Assembly (NCBI GenBank): GCA_963806225.1
Contig: CAWDXG010000004.1
Location: 1,280,001 to 1,344,000 of the forward strand
Length of the DNA: 64,000 nt
Source: an uncultured delta proteobacterium
GTDB lineage: Bacteria > Myxococcota_A > Polyangia > Polyangiales > Polyangiaceae
Direction of reading: 5' to 3'
Under the pieces are notes generated by a model that was not told the DNA's origin, made no database searches, and worked only from the letters and a program-made list of their open reading frames with translations. The translations under genes and the position numbers were made by a program. Each line of letters begins with the position of its first letter. The stretch's first letter is position 1. This document shows positions 1 to 11,849 of the stretch, in pieces.

Positions 1-405
1 GTGCCCCGCCACGCGCCTCTCGTCGGACCAATCGCTCTGGTCGAGCGCGGCGTGCAGGCCCTCGCGCACGACGCACATCGCGGTCAACATGTAGCGCTGG
101 TCGAGTCCAATGCGCACGTGCACGCGCCCGACGCGCGCGTGGCGTTCCACGTACTCCGCGTCGTAGCTGCCCGAGACGACCTCTTCGAGCCACTCGCCGA
201 GGCTCCGCTTCTGCCGATCCATCTGCTCGGCACCGCCGCTGAACACGGCCGCGGCTCGCGGCTCGCGAGCGATGGCGTCGTAGAAGCGATCGACAATCTG
301 CGGAAAAGCCGGCCGCACCACCGCGGCGAGCTCGCGCAGCAGGGATGCGTCGGCCGCCGTGAACCCCACATAGGTTGCCGCTTCGTCGAAGAGGGTACGT
401 AACAT
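1..405 (-). CDS. Protoglobin / globin-coupled sensor N-terminal domain (runs off the left edge)
   Basis: Not in the ORF track; translated by hand from ATG at 405: MLRTLFDEAATYVGFTAADASLLRELAAVVRPAFPQIVDRFYDAI...RHARVGRVHVRIGLDQRYM. IVDRFY and GRVHVRIGL are globin-sensor motifs (proximal His). Confidence 0.85.
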   Translation of the reverse strand, partial: MLRTLFDEAATYVGFTAADASLLRELAAVVRPAFPQIVDRFYDAIAREPRAAAVFSGGAEQMDRQKRSLGEWLEEVVSGSYDAEYVERHARVGRVHVRIGLDQRYMLTAMCVVREGLHAALDQSDWSDERRVAGH

Positions 406-442
406 TACGCAACGGAAGCTTTCCAGTAAGCGGCCCGAACTG

Positions 443-540
443 CAAGGGGAGAGCGGGCTTCGGCCGGGGTGATGGTCCGCTGCTGCTCGGTTTCCCGTCC
501 CATCGCGGCGTGCGTGCTGCGGGTCAAGGGGAGAGCGGGC
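443..540. repeat. Exact 16-bp direct repeat CAAGGGGAGAGCGGGC (443-458, 525-540)
   Basis: Read directly; lies between the divergent globin-sensor and membrane glycosyltransferase genes. Confidence 0.8.
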
Positions 541-922
541 GCGGCGCCGGACCCGCCGGACCAGCCGGGCGCGCCGGACGCGCCGGACTCGATGGCGGCA
601 GCGTGCGGGTCGACCGACGCGCAGCTGGCAACAGCAGGCTACCCGTTCCGGAACACATCACCGGGCATGGCCACGCGCAGGCACCGTAGCCGACGTCGCT
701 CGAGGTGTCTGGACCCATCACTGTCGACCGCAAGGACCAGCGTGGATGCCTCGCCCGTGGGACCGCGGTCGGCACCGGACGCGACGGGAACATGCCGCAA
801 CGTAGCGTCCTCTTCCATCGGAGCCGTGGCGGTGCTTCCATCCCGTCCGACGTGGCGCGCGTGCTCTTGACTGCCGGGGTCGTGCCTGGACCGGGCGGGT
901 TCGTTCCGGCGCGAGGTGGGAT

Positions 923-2872
923 GTGAGCCGCGGACCGACGCGCGCAGCTTCGACATCACGTCTCCTCCGCGTCCTCCAGCTCGTAGGCACCGCCCTGACG
1001 CTGTCCGGCGTCTTCCTGTCCCTGAAGAGCGTCCCCACTTCCCTGCCCTGGAGCGCCCGCTCGAGAGACCTGGCCGCCGCGGCGCTGTCGCTCTCGTTCC
1101 TGCTCGCCGCTGCCGCGGCGCCGGACTGCCAGCTCCGTCTCCCGGGCGGGCTTGCCGCTGCGTGGCGGACGGCGCTCGGGCGTGCTCCCGCGGTCGGGCT
1201 GTCGCTCGCGCCGCTCGTGCTTCTGCCGCTGTGTCACGGCGAAAAGCTCCTGGAAGCGGCGGTCGTGGGCGCTGCGCTGATCGCGTACGCCACCGGAGCC
1301 GGACGTTCGACTCTGAGAGCGCGGCGGCTGGGCCGCGGTCGCCCGTTCGGGCCCTGGGAAGTCGCGCTGCTCGGCTTCTGCATCTTCATCGCGATCGTCT
1401 ATGTGCAGATCGGGCTGCGGGCGAAAGGGAACTTCCAGAACGACTCCGCCTACTACTTCGGCGTCGCGAAACACATCGCATTGACCGGCAGGTTCGAGGA
1501 ACCGATCGTCTGGCACTTCCTGCGCGTCCCGCCGCGCGTGCCGACCGCGCCCTTCGACTACTGGGGTGGGCTCACATCGGTGGTCCTGGTGCCGTTCCTG
1601 TGGCTGTTCGGAGCCACGCACCAGGTGGCGAATACCGTCATGGCGTGCATCTCGGCACTGTCGGTGCTCGTCTTCTGGGACCTGGTCGCGGTTAGACGGG
1701 TGGTCAAGAGCCCGCCTCTCGGCGCCGCGCTGCTCGTCGCTTTCGCGCTCGCGCCTTCACTGTCCACGTTCCGCTTCGACACCGAGAGCGTCGCCCCGTA
1801 CCAGCTGCTCACGCTGCTGATCCTGGTCGCCGCCGCGCGGAAGAAATGGGCGCTGTGCTCGGTGCTCGCCGCGCTCGTCTACTACACCCGCCCGTCCGGA
1901 GCGCTGCTGGCACTGATCATCTGGGTATGGGCGCTGTACGAAAGCCGGCGGCAGGGCGCGCTCAAGCGCGTCGCGGCAACGCAGCTCGTGCTCGTAGCCC
2001 TGACACTGTGCTACGGGCTCGTCCTGTTCGGCACGCCGCTCGGCGTCACGCGACAAGCGGCCCGGATGAAGAGCGAGCTCGACCTCTATCTGTGGAACGG
2101 CCGGCCGTCGATTGACCTCTTGCACGCGCGGCTGGGCAGCACCTACCTGCTCGGCCGCATCACCCAGGTCGTGCGCACCCTGCTGGATATTGTCCCGGGT
2201 GGAGCCGCGCTGCTGGCACTGGCCGCCGTTGCCGGAATCACACCCTGGATCGCCGAGCGACGGCTTCGCTCCAGGCAGAGCACGGTGATCTGGGTGCTCG
2301 GGGTGGCTCTGGCATTCGCGCTGGGGCTCGCTTCTGGCAGCGTCTTCGTTCCGTGGCGCACGCTGCACCCACTGATTCCGCTGGTCATGCTGGCCGGCGG
2401 TCAGTCCCTGGATGCGTTGCTGGATTGGCTCTGGCGGCTGGACGTGCGGCGGCTCTGGCGCGGTGCGGCAGCAACGCTACTGCTGCTCATCACGGGGTCG
2501 ATGCTCCTCCGACCCGTGAAGCTGTACGGCGATCGCGAGCTGGCGGTGCTCCGCACCGCCGAGGTCGCCCTGCAGAAGCTCGATCCAGTCCTGCAGGGCG
2601 GGACGGTAGCCAGCAACATCCCCTGGTACGTGATCGCCAACACCAGGAGCGCTGCCGTGAGCATCCCGCGCGACGGCCCGGTCGCCATCGCGGCCGTGCT
2701 GGGCAAGTACCATGTAGAGTGGCTCGCGATCATCGGGCGATACTCCGTCCGCGGTCGGTCCGCACCGGTCATCTATCGATTGCTGGAACGGGGTCGCGGC
2801 AGGATTGGACGCTTTCGCCTGACGCGCGATCGGCGAGCGGGCGGGCTGTCGCTCTTCAGCGTCAAGCGCTGA
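923..2872 (+). CDS. Polytopic membrane protein, GT-C/PMT(ArnT)-like glycosyltransferase
   Basis: 649 aa, many TM segments, loop motif NDSAYYFGVAKHIALTG, YYTRPSG motif, soluble C-terminal domain. Confidence 0.6.
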   Translation: MSRGPTRAASTSRLLRVLQLVGTALTLSGVFLSLKSVPTSLPWSARSRDLAAAALSLSFLLAAAAAPDCQLRLPGGLAAAWRTALGRAPAVGLSLAPLVLLPLCHGEKLLEAAVVGAALIAYATGAGRSTLRARRLGRGRPFGPWEVALLGFCIFIAIVYVQIGLRAKGNFQNDSAYYFGVAKHIALTGRFEEPIVWHFLRVPPRVPTAPFDYWGGLTSVVLVPFLWLFGATHQVANTVMACISALSVLVFWDLVAVRRVVKSPPLGAALLVAFALAPSLSTFRFDTESVAPYQLLTLLILVAAARKKWALCSVLAALVYYTRPSGALLALIIWVWALYESRRQGALKRVAATQLVLVALTLCYGLVLFGTPLGVTRQAARMKSELDLYLWNGRPSIDLLHARLGSTYLLGRITQVVRTLLDIVPGGAALLALAAVAGITPWIAERRLRSRQSTVIWVLGVALAFALGLASGSVFVPWRTLHPLIPLVMLAGGQSLDALLDWLWRLDVRRLWRGAAATLLLLITGSMLLRPVKLYGDRELAVLRTAEVALQKLDPVLQGGTVASNIPWYVIANTRSAAVSIPRDGPVAIAAVLGKYHVEWLAIIGRYSVRGRSAPVIYRLLERGRGRIGRFRLTRDRRAGGLSLFSVKR

Positions 2873-3068
2873 AGAAATGCGCACGGCGTCGTCTGCGCCC
2901 CCCGGGCTGCCGGTCTTCCACGACCCTCGTCCGGCCAGCGCTCTGACGTGCAGCACCGGCCGGAATGACCCGAAAAGCGCCGGGGTCCGGGCCCGGCCAC
3001 CCACCCGGGTCGCGCGCGCGATGCGCTTGACAGACCCCCCGGGGACAGTTAGACCATCCGCCCACTCT

Positions 3069-3142
<74 letters not shown>

Positions 3143-3143
<1 letters not shown>

Positions 3144-3178
3144 AGCCGGCCTCCTCTTCGGGTGGCCGGCTTTCTTGT
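3143..3178 (+). terminator. Intrinsic terminator after tRNA-Gly
   Basis: Stem AAGCCGGCC/GGCCGGCTT followed by a T-rich tract. Confidence 0.75.
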
Positions 3179-3220
3179 ATGCTCAGCCCGACGGTGCCCC
3201 GGCGAAGTGCAGTGTCGGGG

Positions 3221-5388
3221 CTAGACGCGCTCGACCTCGACGACGCCGCTGACCTTGGACAGCGCCTTCATCACGGTCTTCAGCTGGTTCAGGTCCGAGA
3301 CCTGGAAGGTGAAGATGTTGCAGGCACGGCCGTCGTCACTCGCGCGGCAGTTGGCCTCGTTGATGTTGATCTTCTGCGCGCTGAAGGTCTGGCTCACGGT
3401 GGCCAGGATGCCCGGCTTGTTGGTGGTGGTGACCTTGAGCTGCACGGGTCGGTTGATCTTCGCCCGCGTGTCCCAGGTGACCTCGACGCGACGCTCCGGA
3501 TCGGTGTCGAACGCCTTGATGCAACCGCGACGATGGATGGTCACGCCGCGGCCACGCGTGATGAAGCCGATGATGGGGTCGCCGGGCAGCGGATTGCAGC
3601 ACTTCGCGTAGCGCACCAGCACGTCGTCGATACCGCTGACGCGGATACCGCCCTGGTCGCGGCGCTTGACCCGGCGTACCAGCTGCTCGATACGCCCCGC
3701 CTTGAGCCCCGGCGGCGGTATCGAATGGCCCGACGGCTCGTGCGGGCCGCCTAGAGTCTTGACGACTTCCTCGGCGGCCAGCTTGCCGTAGCCGATGGCG
3801 AGCAGAAGCTCCTCCTTGCTGCCGAGACGGTGTGCCTCGGCCGCCCGCCGCACCTCGTCCTCGTTCTTGAGGAACTTGGTCAGACTCATCCCCGCCGTGT
3901 GCAGCTCGGTTTCCAGGAGCTCGCGACCGAGGTTGATGCTCTTCTCGCGCTGCTCGCTGCGCAGGAAATTGCGGATGCGGGTGCGGGCGCGCGTGGTAGC
4001 CGTGAAATCCAGCCAGTCCTTGCTCGGCTGCTGCGACGGCGAGGTCATCACCTCGACCACGTCGCCGTTCTTCAGCTTGTAGCGCAGGGGAACGATCTGC
4101 CCATTGGCACGCGCCCCCGAACAGTGGTGCCCGACCTCGGAGTGGATCGCGTAGGCGAAATCGATCGGCGTCGCGCCGCGCGGAAAGACGCGCACGTCGC
4201 CCTTGGGCGTGAAGACGTAGACCTCGTCGGGGAACAGGTCGATCTTCACGCTTTCGAGGAACTCCGCCGGGTCCTTCACATTCCGCTGGAAGTCCGCCAG
4301 CTCGCGCAACCAGGTGAACTTCTGCGCGTCCTCCGGGTCCACCCCGCCGGAGATGCGCTCCTTGTATTTCCAGTGTGCGGCGACGCCTTGCTCGGCAACG
4401 CGGTGCATCTCGTGCGTGCGGATCTGGATTTCGATGCGCTGTCGCCCGGGGCCGATGACCGTCGTGTGCAGCGACTGGTACATGTTCGGCTTGGGCAGCG
4501 CGATGTAGTCCTTGAAGCGCCCCGGAATCGGCGTCCACTTCGAGTGGATCACGCCGAGCGTGGCGTAGCAGTCGGCGACCGACTCGACGCCGATGCGGAA
4601 CGCGATGGTGTCGTAGACCTGCTCGAAGTCCACCTGCTGCGACTTCATCTTGCGGTGGATCGAGTAGACGTGCTTCGCCCGCCCGCTGACCTCCGCGGCG
4701 AAGCCATGCTCGGCCAGGCGTGAAGTGATGGTGCGGCACACACCTTCGATGTAGCGCTCGCGCTCCTTCTTCGACTTGGCTAGCTTGCCGACGATGTTCC
4801 GGTATGCGTCGGGGTCCAGGTACTGGAACGACAGATCCTCGAGCTCGCTCTTGATGCTCTGGATGCCAAGGCGGTTGGCGAGCGGCGCGTAGATCTCCAT
4901 CGTCTCGCGGGCGATGCGCTCCTGGCTCTCGGGCTTCATGTGCTCGAGCGTGCGCATGTTGTCGAGGCGGTCGCACAGCTTGATCGAGCAGGACCCGGAT
5001 GTCCTGCGCCATCGCCACGACCATCTTGCGGAAGTTCTCCGCCTGCCGGTCCTCGCGCGAGGTGAAGTTGATCTTGCCGAGCTTGGTGACGCCGTCGACC
5101 AGGGTGGCGATCTCGTGCCCGAACTCCCGCTCCATGTCATCGACGGTGGCGAGCGTGTCCTCGACCACGTCGTGCAGCAGGCCCGCGCACACGCTGGCCG
5201 TGTCGAGCCGGAGCTCGGCGATGATACCGGCTACGCTCGCCGGGTGGACGAAGTAGGGGTCCCCGCTCTTGCGGGTCTGCTCGCGATGCGCCCACTCGGA
5301 ATAGTGGTAGGCCCGCTCGAAGTAGGTCGACATCCGCACCGGGGTGGTACCCGTGAACCCGATCGACGATTTGTTCCAGTGCCAGCAC
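3221..5388 (-). CDS. relA: Bifunctional (p)ppGpp synthetase/hydrolase RelA/SpoT (two +1 frameshifts near 5320 and 4985)
   Basis: HD domain LLHDVVED, KLCDRLDNMRTL, PKPNMYQSLHT, EIQIRT, TGS, AKCCNPLPGD and ACT domains spread across three frames; GTG start at 5388. Confidence 0.95.
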
Positions 5389-5521
5389 ACTCAGGGAGCC
5401 TGGCGCTTCGGCCGGCACTATGGAAATTAACACCGGGCCCCCGCACCCGCAATCGGGGGGCGACCCGGATAGCACCTCGCTTATTGAAGCCCGCCCCCGC
5501 CGGGGGCCCATCAGGACGAAC

Positions 5522-6724
5522 GTGGAGCCCACCCAGCAGACGCACAGGACGCCACCGGAAGCAGCCGGCCTCGGCGTCTACGTGCACTTCCCGTGGTGCC
5601 TGAAGAAGTGCCCGTACTGCGATTTCCTGAGCGTGGCGGCCGAGCGCCCGGAGATCCCGCATGCCGCGTATGCCTCGCAGATCAGTCGCCGAGCTCGCGC
5701 GGCGGGCCACGGAAACGGGCCCGAGGAAGCTTGCCAGCGTGTTCTTCGGCGGCGGTACGCCGTCCCTCTGGGAGCCCAGGGAGCTCGGGCGGGTTCTCGC
5801 GGCTATCCGCGCCCATTTTCGCCGGCGACGACCCCGAGGTCACGGTGGAGTGCAACCCGACGAGCTTCGACGAGGAGCGGGCGCGGGCGCTGATGGACGC
5901 GGGCGTCGGGCGCGTGAGCATCGGGGTGCAGGGGCTCGACGACGAGCGGCTGCGTTTCCTGGGTCGCCTGCACGACGTGGCCGGCGGGCTCGAGGCGGTG
6001 CGCGCAGCCGTGCGCGCGGGCGTCGCGCGCGTCTCGGCGGATCTCATCTTCGGCGTGGCAGGACAGAACAGCCGGGAGGCCGCGGACGAGGCGCACCGGG
6101 TAGCCGAGCTCGGCGTCACCCACCTCTCCGCCTACGCGCTCACCATCGAGCCGGGCACGCTGTTCGGTGCGCTGGCCAAGAAAGGGCGACTGCCCCTGCT
6201 CGGCGACGACCAGGTCGCCGAGAGCTTCCTCGCGCGTGGACGAGACGCTCTCGGCGCTCGGCTTCGAGCACTACGAGATCAGCAACTTCGCGCACGGCGG
6301 AGACTTCGCCGAGCACAATGTCGGCTACTGGCGGGGCCGGGACTACCTGGGGCTCGGCGCGGGAGCGTGGGGCACGCTGTCGCTACCGGACGGCCGCGTG
6401 CGCTACCGCAACACGCCTTCGCCCGAGCGCTACCTCGAGACGGACTGGGCGACGATCGATCCTGCCAGCGCGGCGAGCGAGCTGGAACCGCTGTCGCCGG
6501 AGACGTCGCTCGCCGAGCGCATCCTGCTTGGACTGCGCATGGCCGACGGCGTCGACCTCGGACAGGCCGCACGGGAAACCGGAGCCGCGGCCTGGACGGC
6601 CGAGCGCGAGCGCGTCGCCGAGCGCCTGGTCGCGCGAGGCCGGCTCGCTCGCGACGGCGATCGGATCTGGATCCCGCGCGAGGCGTGGCTCTTCGCCGAC
6701 GGGACGATCAGCGAGCTGCTCTAG
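5522..6724 (+). CDS. hemW: Radical SAM heme chaperone HemW (frameshifts near 5685, 5820, 6235; start approximate)
   Basis: [16 protein letters not shown] (CxxxCxxC), [33 protein letters not shown] (HNxxYW). Confidence 0.9.
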
Positions 6725-8096
6725 CCAGATTCGCTTCGCTCATCGCGGGCTCGCTGTCGCTCGCCGGGCGTTCGGCGATCCAGGCATCCAGCTCGGCGAG
6801 CGCGCGCTCGGCCATGGCGCGGTAGCGCGCCCGCTTCTTCAGCCGCTCACCTTCCCACGGTGGCAGATGCGAAAACGTGATGTTCGACGGCTGGTAGCTC
6901 TCCGCGGGCCTCGCCAGATGCGTCAAGAGACCGCCGTGTGCCGTCGCCGGCGGCGGCAGCGACGGCTCACGCCCGGCGAGCCGCTCGGCGATGAACCACG
7001 CCGCGAGCCAGCCGCCCGCCGCGCTCTCCACGTAGCCCTCGGTACCGGTGATCTGTCCGGCGAAGTACAGCCCTGGTTCGCTGCGAAGCTGCAGCGTCGC
7101 ATCGAGCAGCGTCGGTGCTGCCAGGAACGTGTTCCTGTGCACAGCTCCGTAGCGCGAGAACTCGGCGTTCTCGAGCCCCGGAATGGTACGGAACACCCGC
7201 GCCTGCTCGCCCCAGGCCATGCGCGTCTGGAAGCCGACGATATTGTAGGCCGTGCCCGCCTCGTCTTCCTTGCGCAGCTGCACGACCGCCCACGGGCGGT
7301 GCCCGGTGCGCGGATCGACCAGGCCCACCGGTTTCATCGGTCCGAACGAGAGCGTCTGCGGCCCCCGCTCGGCCATCACCTCGATCGGCAGGCAGCCTTC
7401 GAAGTAGCGCGCGTCCTCGAACTCTCGCGGCTCGACCTTGCGCGCCGCGAGCACGTCCGCCACGAACTTCTCGTACTGCGGCTTGTCGAGCGGGCAGTTG
7501 ACGTAGGCGCTCTGGTCCTCGTCGCTCTCGCCCTTGTTCCAGCGCGACGCGCAGAACACCTTGTCCCAGTCGATGCTGTCAGCCGTCACGATGGGCGCGA
7601 TGGCGTCGTAGTAGGCGAGTGCCTCGCTGCCCACGCGCGCGGCAATGTCCGCGGCCAGGGCGTCGCCGGTGAGCGGCCCCGTGGCGATGACGAGCGGACG
7701 CTCGTCGGGAACGCGCTCGACGACCGCGCTCTCGACTTCGATCAGCGGCTCTTCGCCGATCATCCGCGTCATCTCGGCGCTGAACCGCTCGCGGTCGACG
7801 GCCAATGCGCCGCCCGCCGGCACGCGCGTGGCTTCCGCCGCGCGCATCACGAACGAACCGAGTCGGCGCATCTCCTCTTTGAGTAGACCCACCGCATTTT
7901 CCAGCGCGGCGCCCCGGAACGAGTTCGAGCAGACGAGCTCGCACAGGGCGTCGCTGGTCTGTGCCGGCGTGCGCGCCAGCGGCTTCTGCTCGAGGAGACG
8001 CACGCGGACGCCGCGCGCAGCGAGCTGCAGCGCGGCCTCGGACCCGGCCAGGCCGGCGCCGACAATGGTGACCGGCCCAGGCTCCGTCGGGCTCAT
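6708..8096 (-). CDS. trmFO: Folate/FAD-dependent tRNA (uracil-54-C5) methyltransferase TrmFO
   Basis: [37 protein letters not shown]; follows topA. Confidence 0.96.
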   Translation of the reverse strand: MSPTEPGPVTIVGAGLAGSEAALQLAARGVRVRLLEQKPLARTPAQTSDALCELVCSNSFRGAALENAVGLLKEEMRRLGSFVMRAAEATRVPAGGALAVDRERFSAEMTRMIGEEPLIEVESAVVERVPDERPLVIATGPLTGDALAADIAARVGSEALAYYDAIAPIVTADSIDWDKVFCASRWNKGESDEDQSAYVNCPLDKPQYEKFVADVLAARKVEPREFEDARYFEGCLPIEVMAERGPQTLSFGPMKPVGLVDPRTGHRPWAVVQLRKEDEAGTAYNIVGFQTRMAWGEQARVFRTIPGLENAEFSRYGAVHRNTFLAAPTLLDATLQLRSEPGLYFAGQITGTEGYVESAAGGWLAAWFIAERLAGREPSLPPPATAHGGLLTHLARPAESYQPSNITFSHLPPWEGERLKKRARYRAMAERALAELDAWIAERPASDSEPAMSEANLARAAR

Positions 8097-10550
8097 GGGG
8101 AGACGGATGCGGGCGCCGTCGAGTCCTTGCTGCTACTGCCGTCGGTCGCGCTACCGGGCTTGGCTTCCGTTTTCGGCGCGTCGGCCGCCGGCTCCTCGAT
8201 AGGCCGGGAGTAGCCGCACTCCTTGCCGCGCGGGCAGACCAGCTTGGGAGCCTTCTTCCCGCCGCCGACGACCAGAAACGGGTGTTTGCACTCTGGGCAG
8301 GGCTCCGGGATGGGCTTTTGCCACACCTTGAAGTCGCAGTCCGGGTAGTTCGCGCAGCCGTAGAACGTGCGGCCGCCGCGCTTCTTCGGGCGCACCTCGA
8401 CGATGTCGCCGCCGCACTTCGGGCACGGCACGCCGAGCGGTATGGGCCGGGTGTTCTTGCACTTCGGGTAGTCGCTGCAGGACAGGAACTCGCCGTAACG
8501 GCCCGTCTTGATCACCATCGGCTTGCCGCACTCGTCGCACACGATGTCCGTGAGGCGCGGCTTGGCGGGCTCGCCGTCCGCCGCGAGGTCCTGCGTGAAC
8601 TTGCACTTCGGGTACGCCTCGCAGCCGAGGAACCAGCCGTTCTTGCTCCAGCGCTTGAGCATGCGCGAACCGCACTCCTCGCACTTGAAGTCGGTGGGCT
8701 CCGGCTCGGGCGACCAGCGCTTCTCCTTCTTCGCCTTGTCGAGCACTTCGCGAAAGCGCTTGTAGAAGCGACCGAGCAGCTCGACGCGATCCAGCTTGCC
8801 GGCTTCGACCTCGTCCAGGTCTTCCTCCATCTTCGCGGTGAAGTCCGGATCCATGAAGTCGAGGTGCGTGGAGACCAGGCCATCGACGACGATCTTGCCG
8901 AGCTCGCTCGCCTTCATCTGGCCGCCTGGGAGCTTTTCCACGTAGTCGCGCGCCTGCACCTTGCTGATGATCTCGGCGTACGTGCTGGGGCGACCGATGC
9001 CGCGCTTCTCCAGCTCGCGGACCAGCGAGCCCTCGTTGTAGCGGGGGGGCGGCTGGGTGAACTTCTGATCGGTGCTCACGCCGGGCGGCGCGACGATGGA
9101 GAGCGCTTCGCCCTCCACGAGCTCGGGCAGCGTGCCCTCGGCGTCGTCGTCCAGGCTGGCGGCGCGCTTGGCGGCGCCGTTCCTGCTCGAGCCGGGCGCT
9201 TCGTCCTCGCCCGCCAGTGACTTCGGCGCATCCTCGCCGAACGGCTTGTCGCTCTTGCCATGCTGGTACTGCTCGAGCCAGCCGGAGAACTTGAGAACCT
9301 TGCCACTGGCGCGCAGCCCCAGCGTACCGAAGCGCTTGTCCGTGCGACCCGGCTTGGCCTCGATATCGACGCCGGTCTGGTCGTAGACGGCCGACGCCAT
9401 CTGCGAAGCGACGAAGCGATCCCAGATCAGCTTGTAGAGCTTGAACTGCTCGTCGGTCAGGTGACGGCGGACACGATCCGGCGAATATTCCAGGGAGGTC
9501 GGGCGGATCGCCTCGTGCGCTTCCTGGGCGTTCTTGCGCGCCTTGTACAGGTTCGGATTGGCGGGCAGGTACTGCTCGCCAAACGTCTCCTTGATGTGCT
9601 CGCGCACCGCGTCGATGGCGTCGGTACTCACGCGCACGGCGTCCGTACGCATGTAGGTGATGAGACCGACCTGGCCGCCGTCCTTCTTGAGGTCGACGCC
9701 CTCGTACAGCTTCTGCGCGATCGACATCGTGCGCTTCGTCGTGAAGTGCAGATAGCTCGTCGCGTCCTGCTGCAGCTTGCTGGTGGTGTAGGGCGCCGTG
9801 GCGTTGCGCTTCTGCTCGCGACGCGTGACCTTCGTCACCTTGAAGCTCGCGCTTTCGAGATCCTGCGCGGACCTCGCCCGCCAGTTTGCCCTCCTTGACC
9901 TCGATCTTCTCGCCGTCGGCCTTGGTCAGACGCGCCGCCACCGGCTGCGGCTGCTTGCCGCGCAGCGCGACGCCGATGTTCCAGTACTCCTCCGGAACGA
10001 ACGCCTCGATCTCGCGCTCGCGCTCCACGATGAGCCGGAGCGCCACCGACTGCACACGTCCGGCACTCAGCCCGAAAGCGAGCTTGGACCACACCAGCGC
10101 GGACACGTCGTAGCCGACGATGCGATCGAGCACGCGGCGGGCGCGCTGTGCGTCGTACAGTCCCTCGTCCAGCTTGCGCGGATGCTCGAGGCCCGCCTGC
10201 ACGCCCTTCTTCGTGATCTCGTGGAACTCCACGCGCTGCACGTCGAGCTTGGGGCGCTTCAGCTCGTCGGCGATGTGCCAGGCGATGGCCTCCCCCTCGC
10301 GATCGGGGTCGGTAGCGAGCAGCAAGCGCTCGGCCTTCTTCGCGTGCGTCTTGAGATCGGCCAGGACCTTCGCCTTGCTCTCGATGACCTCGTATGTCTC
10401 GCGAAAGCCGTCCTCGACGTCGATGCCCATCTTCTTGGGCAGGTCCTTCACATGGCCCTTGCTCGCCATCACCTCGAAGCCCTGGCCCAGGTACTTCTTG
10501 ATGGTCTTGGCCTTGGCCGGCGACTCCACGACGACGAGCGTTTTGCTCAT
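8093..10550 (-). CDS. topA: DNA topoisomerase I with C-terminal zinc ribbons (frameshift near 9865)
   Basis: [64 protein letters not shown]4 zinc fingers. Confidence 0.97.
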
Positions 10551-10643
10551 GAACCTCTCGAACCTTTCCTCACCCTGAATGGGCCCCGGCGCGCGGCGGC
10601 GCAAGTCCGGGGTCGCGAGCGCCTGTTACAAACTTCTTTGAAT

Positions 10644-11789
10644 TCAGCTAGTTACAAGTTTCAAGCGGCCTGCCAGGTCGGCAACTAAGACTCCTCTTAG
10701 CGTCAGCGTCAAGAGAAGTTCCTGAATCCGGCCCACCGATAGACCCGTCCGGGAGCAGACATCGTCGGGGCAGATGGCCCCGGCACGGACCGCGTCAAGC
10801 ACCCTGAGCGCGTCGCTCCCGAACGCCGAATCTTCCGTTACTCCTAGCATTTGCTGGCGGACCTGCAGCCCCACTGGGCGCGCCGCCACAGAACGACGGC
10901 TCCGGCCACCGGCCTGCTGACCGGAAGACTTGCGGCGCCGGCTGTTCGAACGGTCTGCCGCCGCTCGCGCGGGCGCACGCGCACACGCGCACACGCAGGG
11001 GGGCACGGGCGAGCACGCGGGCGCGCGCGCGCGGCAGCCCGATCGACCCTTCACGAGGCACACGCTCCGAGCGCGTCGTGCCCACCGGGCGAGCCGCTCC
11101 GGGTCGAGCTCGCCGACAGAGAGCGGGATGGCGTGCAGCCGCGCCGCGACGAGCAGGTCGAGCACGTCGCGCTCGCCGTACAGCGGGCGGGCGCCGAGCT
11201 TCAGCTCGAGGATGCAGCCAAGGCCCTGACCGTTGTACGGCGCGGCCGGCGCCACGAACACGGGCCGGCCGAGCCGGCGCGCGTGGGCCGCAGCGTTGCG
11301 CGCTCCGCTGCGGAGCGGCGCTTCCACCACGACGAGCGCGTGGCAGAACGCCACCAGACAGGCGTTGCGCGGGAAGAACGCTCCGCGCGACGCGGGCGTA
11401 CCCGACGGCGCGAGCGACAGGTACGCCCCACCGTGTTCGACCACCTGCCGGAACAGCGCGCCGTTGTGCTCCGGAAATGGCCGATCGAAACCTCCCGGCG
11501 CCACGACCACCGTGGTGCCGCCGACCGAAAGCGCTCCGCGATGCGCCATGCTGTCGATACCGTCGGCGCCGCCGGACAGCACCGCGACGCCCTGCTGGGC
11601 CAGCCGTGCGGCGAGCTCGAACGCGAACAGCGCCGCCCCGCGCGTGGGATGGCGCGTGCCGACGATCGCGACGCGCGGCCCGCGCGGCAGCTCGCCGCGC
11701 AGGTAGAGCGCTTCGGGAGGTTCGGACAGCTCGCCCAGGCCGGGCGGAAGACGTGCGCCGGACAGGCGGCGTTCGCGAGGCAGGGGCAC
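10644..11789 (-). CDS. dprA: DNA-processing protein DprA/Smf with long low-complexity linker and C-terminal winged helix
   Basis: VAIVGTR, SGGADGIDSMAH, FFPRN, VVEAPLRSGA; conserved position upstream of topA. Confidence 0.9.
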   Translation of the reverse strand: MPLPRERRLSGARLPPGLGELSEPPEALYLRGELPRGPRVAIVGTRHPTRGAALFAFELAARLAQQGVAVLSGGADGIDSMAHRGALSVGGTTVVVAPGGFDRPFPEHNGALFRQVVEHGGAYLSLAPSGTPASRGAFFPRNACLVAFCHALVVVEAPLRSGARNAAAHARRLGRPVFVAPAAPYNGQGLGCILELKLGARPLYGERDVLDLLVAARLHAIPLSVGELDPERLARWARRARSVCLVKGRSGCRARAPACSPVPPCVCACARAPARAAADRSNSRRRKSSGQQAGGRSRRSVAARPVGLQVRQQMLGVTEDSAFGSDALRVLDAVRAGAICPDDVCSRTGLSVGRIQELLLTLTLRGVLVADLAGRLKLVTS

Positions 11790-11849
11790 ACCGCCTGCTC
11801 GGTCGCCAAGCAGCGCCGGTTGCTAGCGCACGGCGATTTCCGGTCGCGG

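Noticed and set aside
6708..11789. dprA-topA-trmFO cluster as novel
   Set aside because: Well-known conserved gene order.
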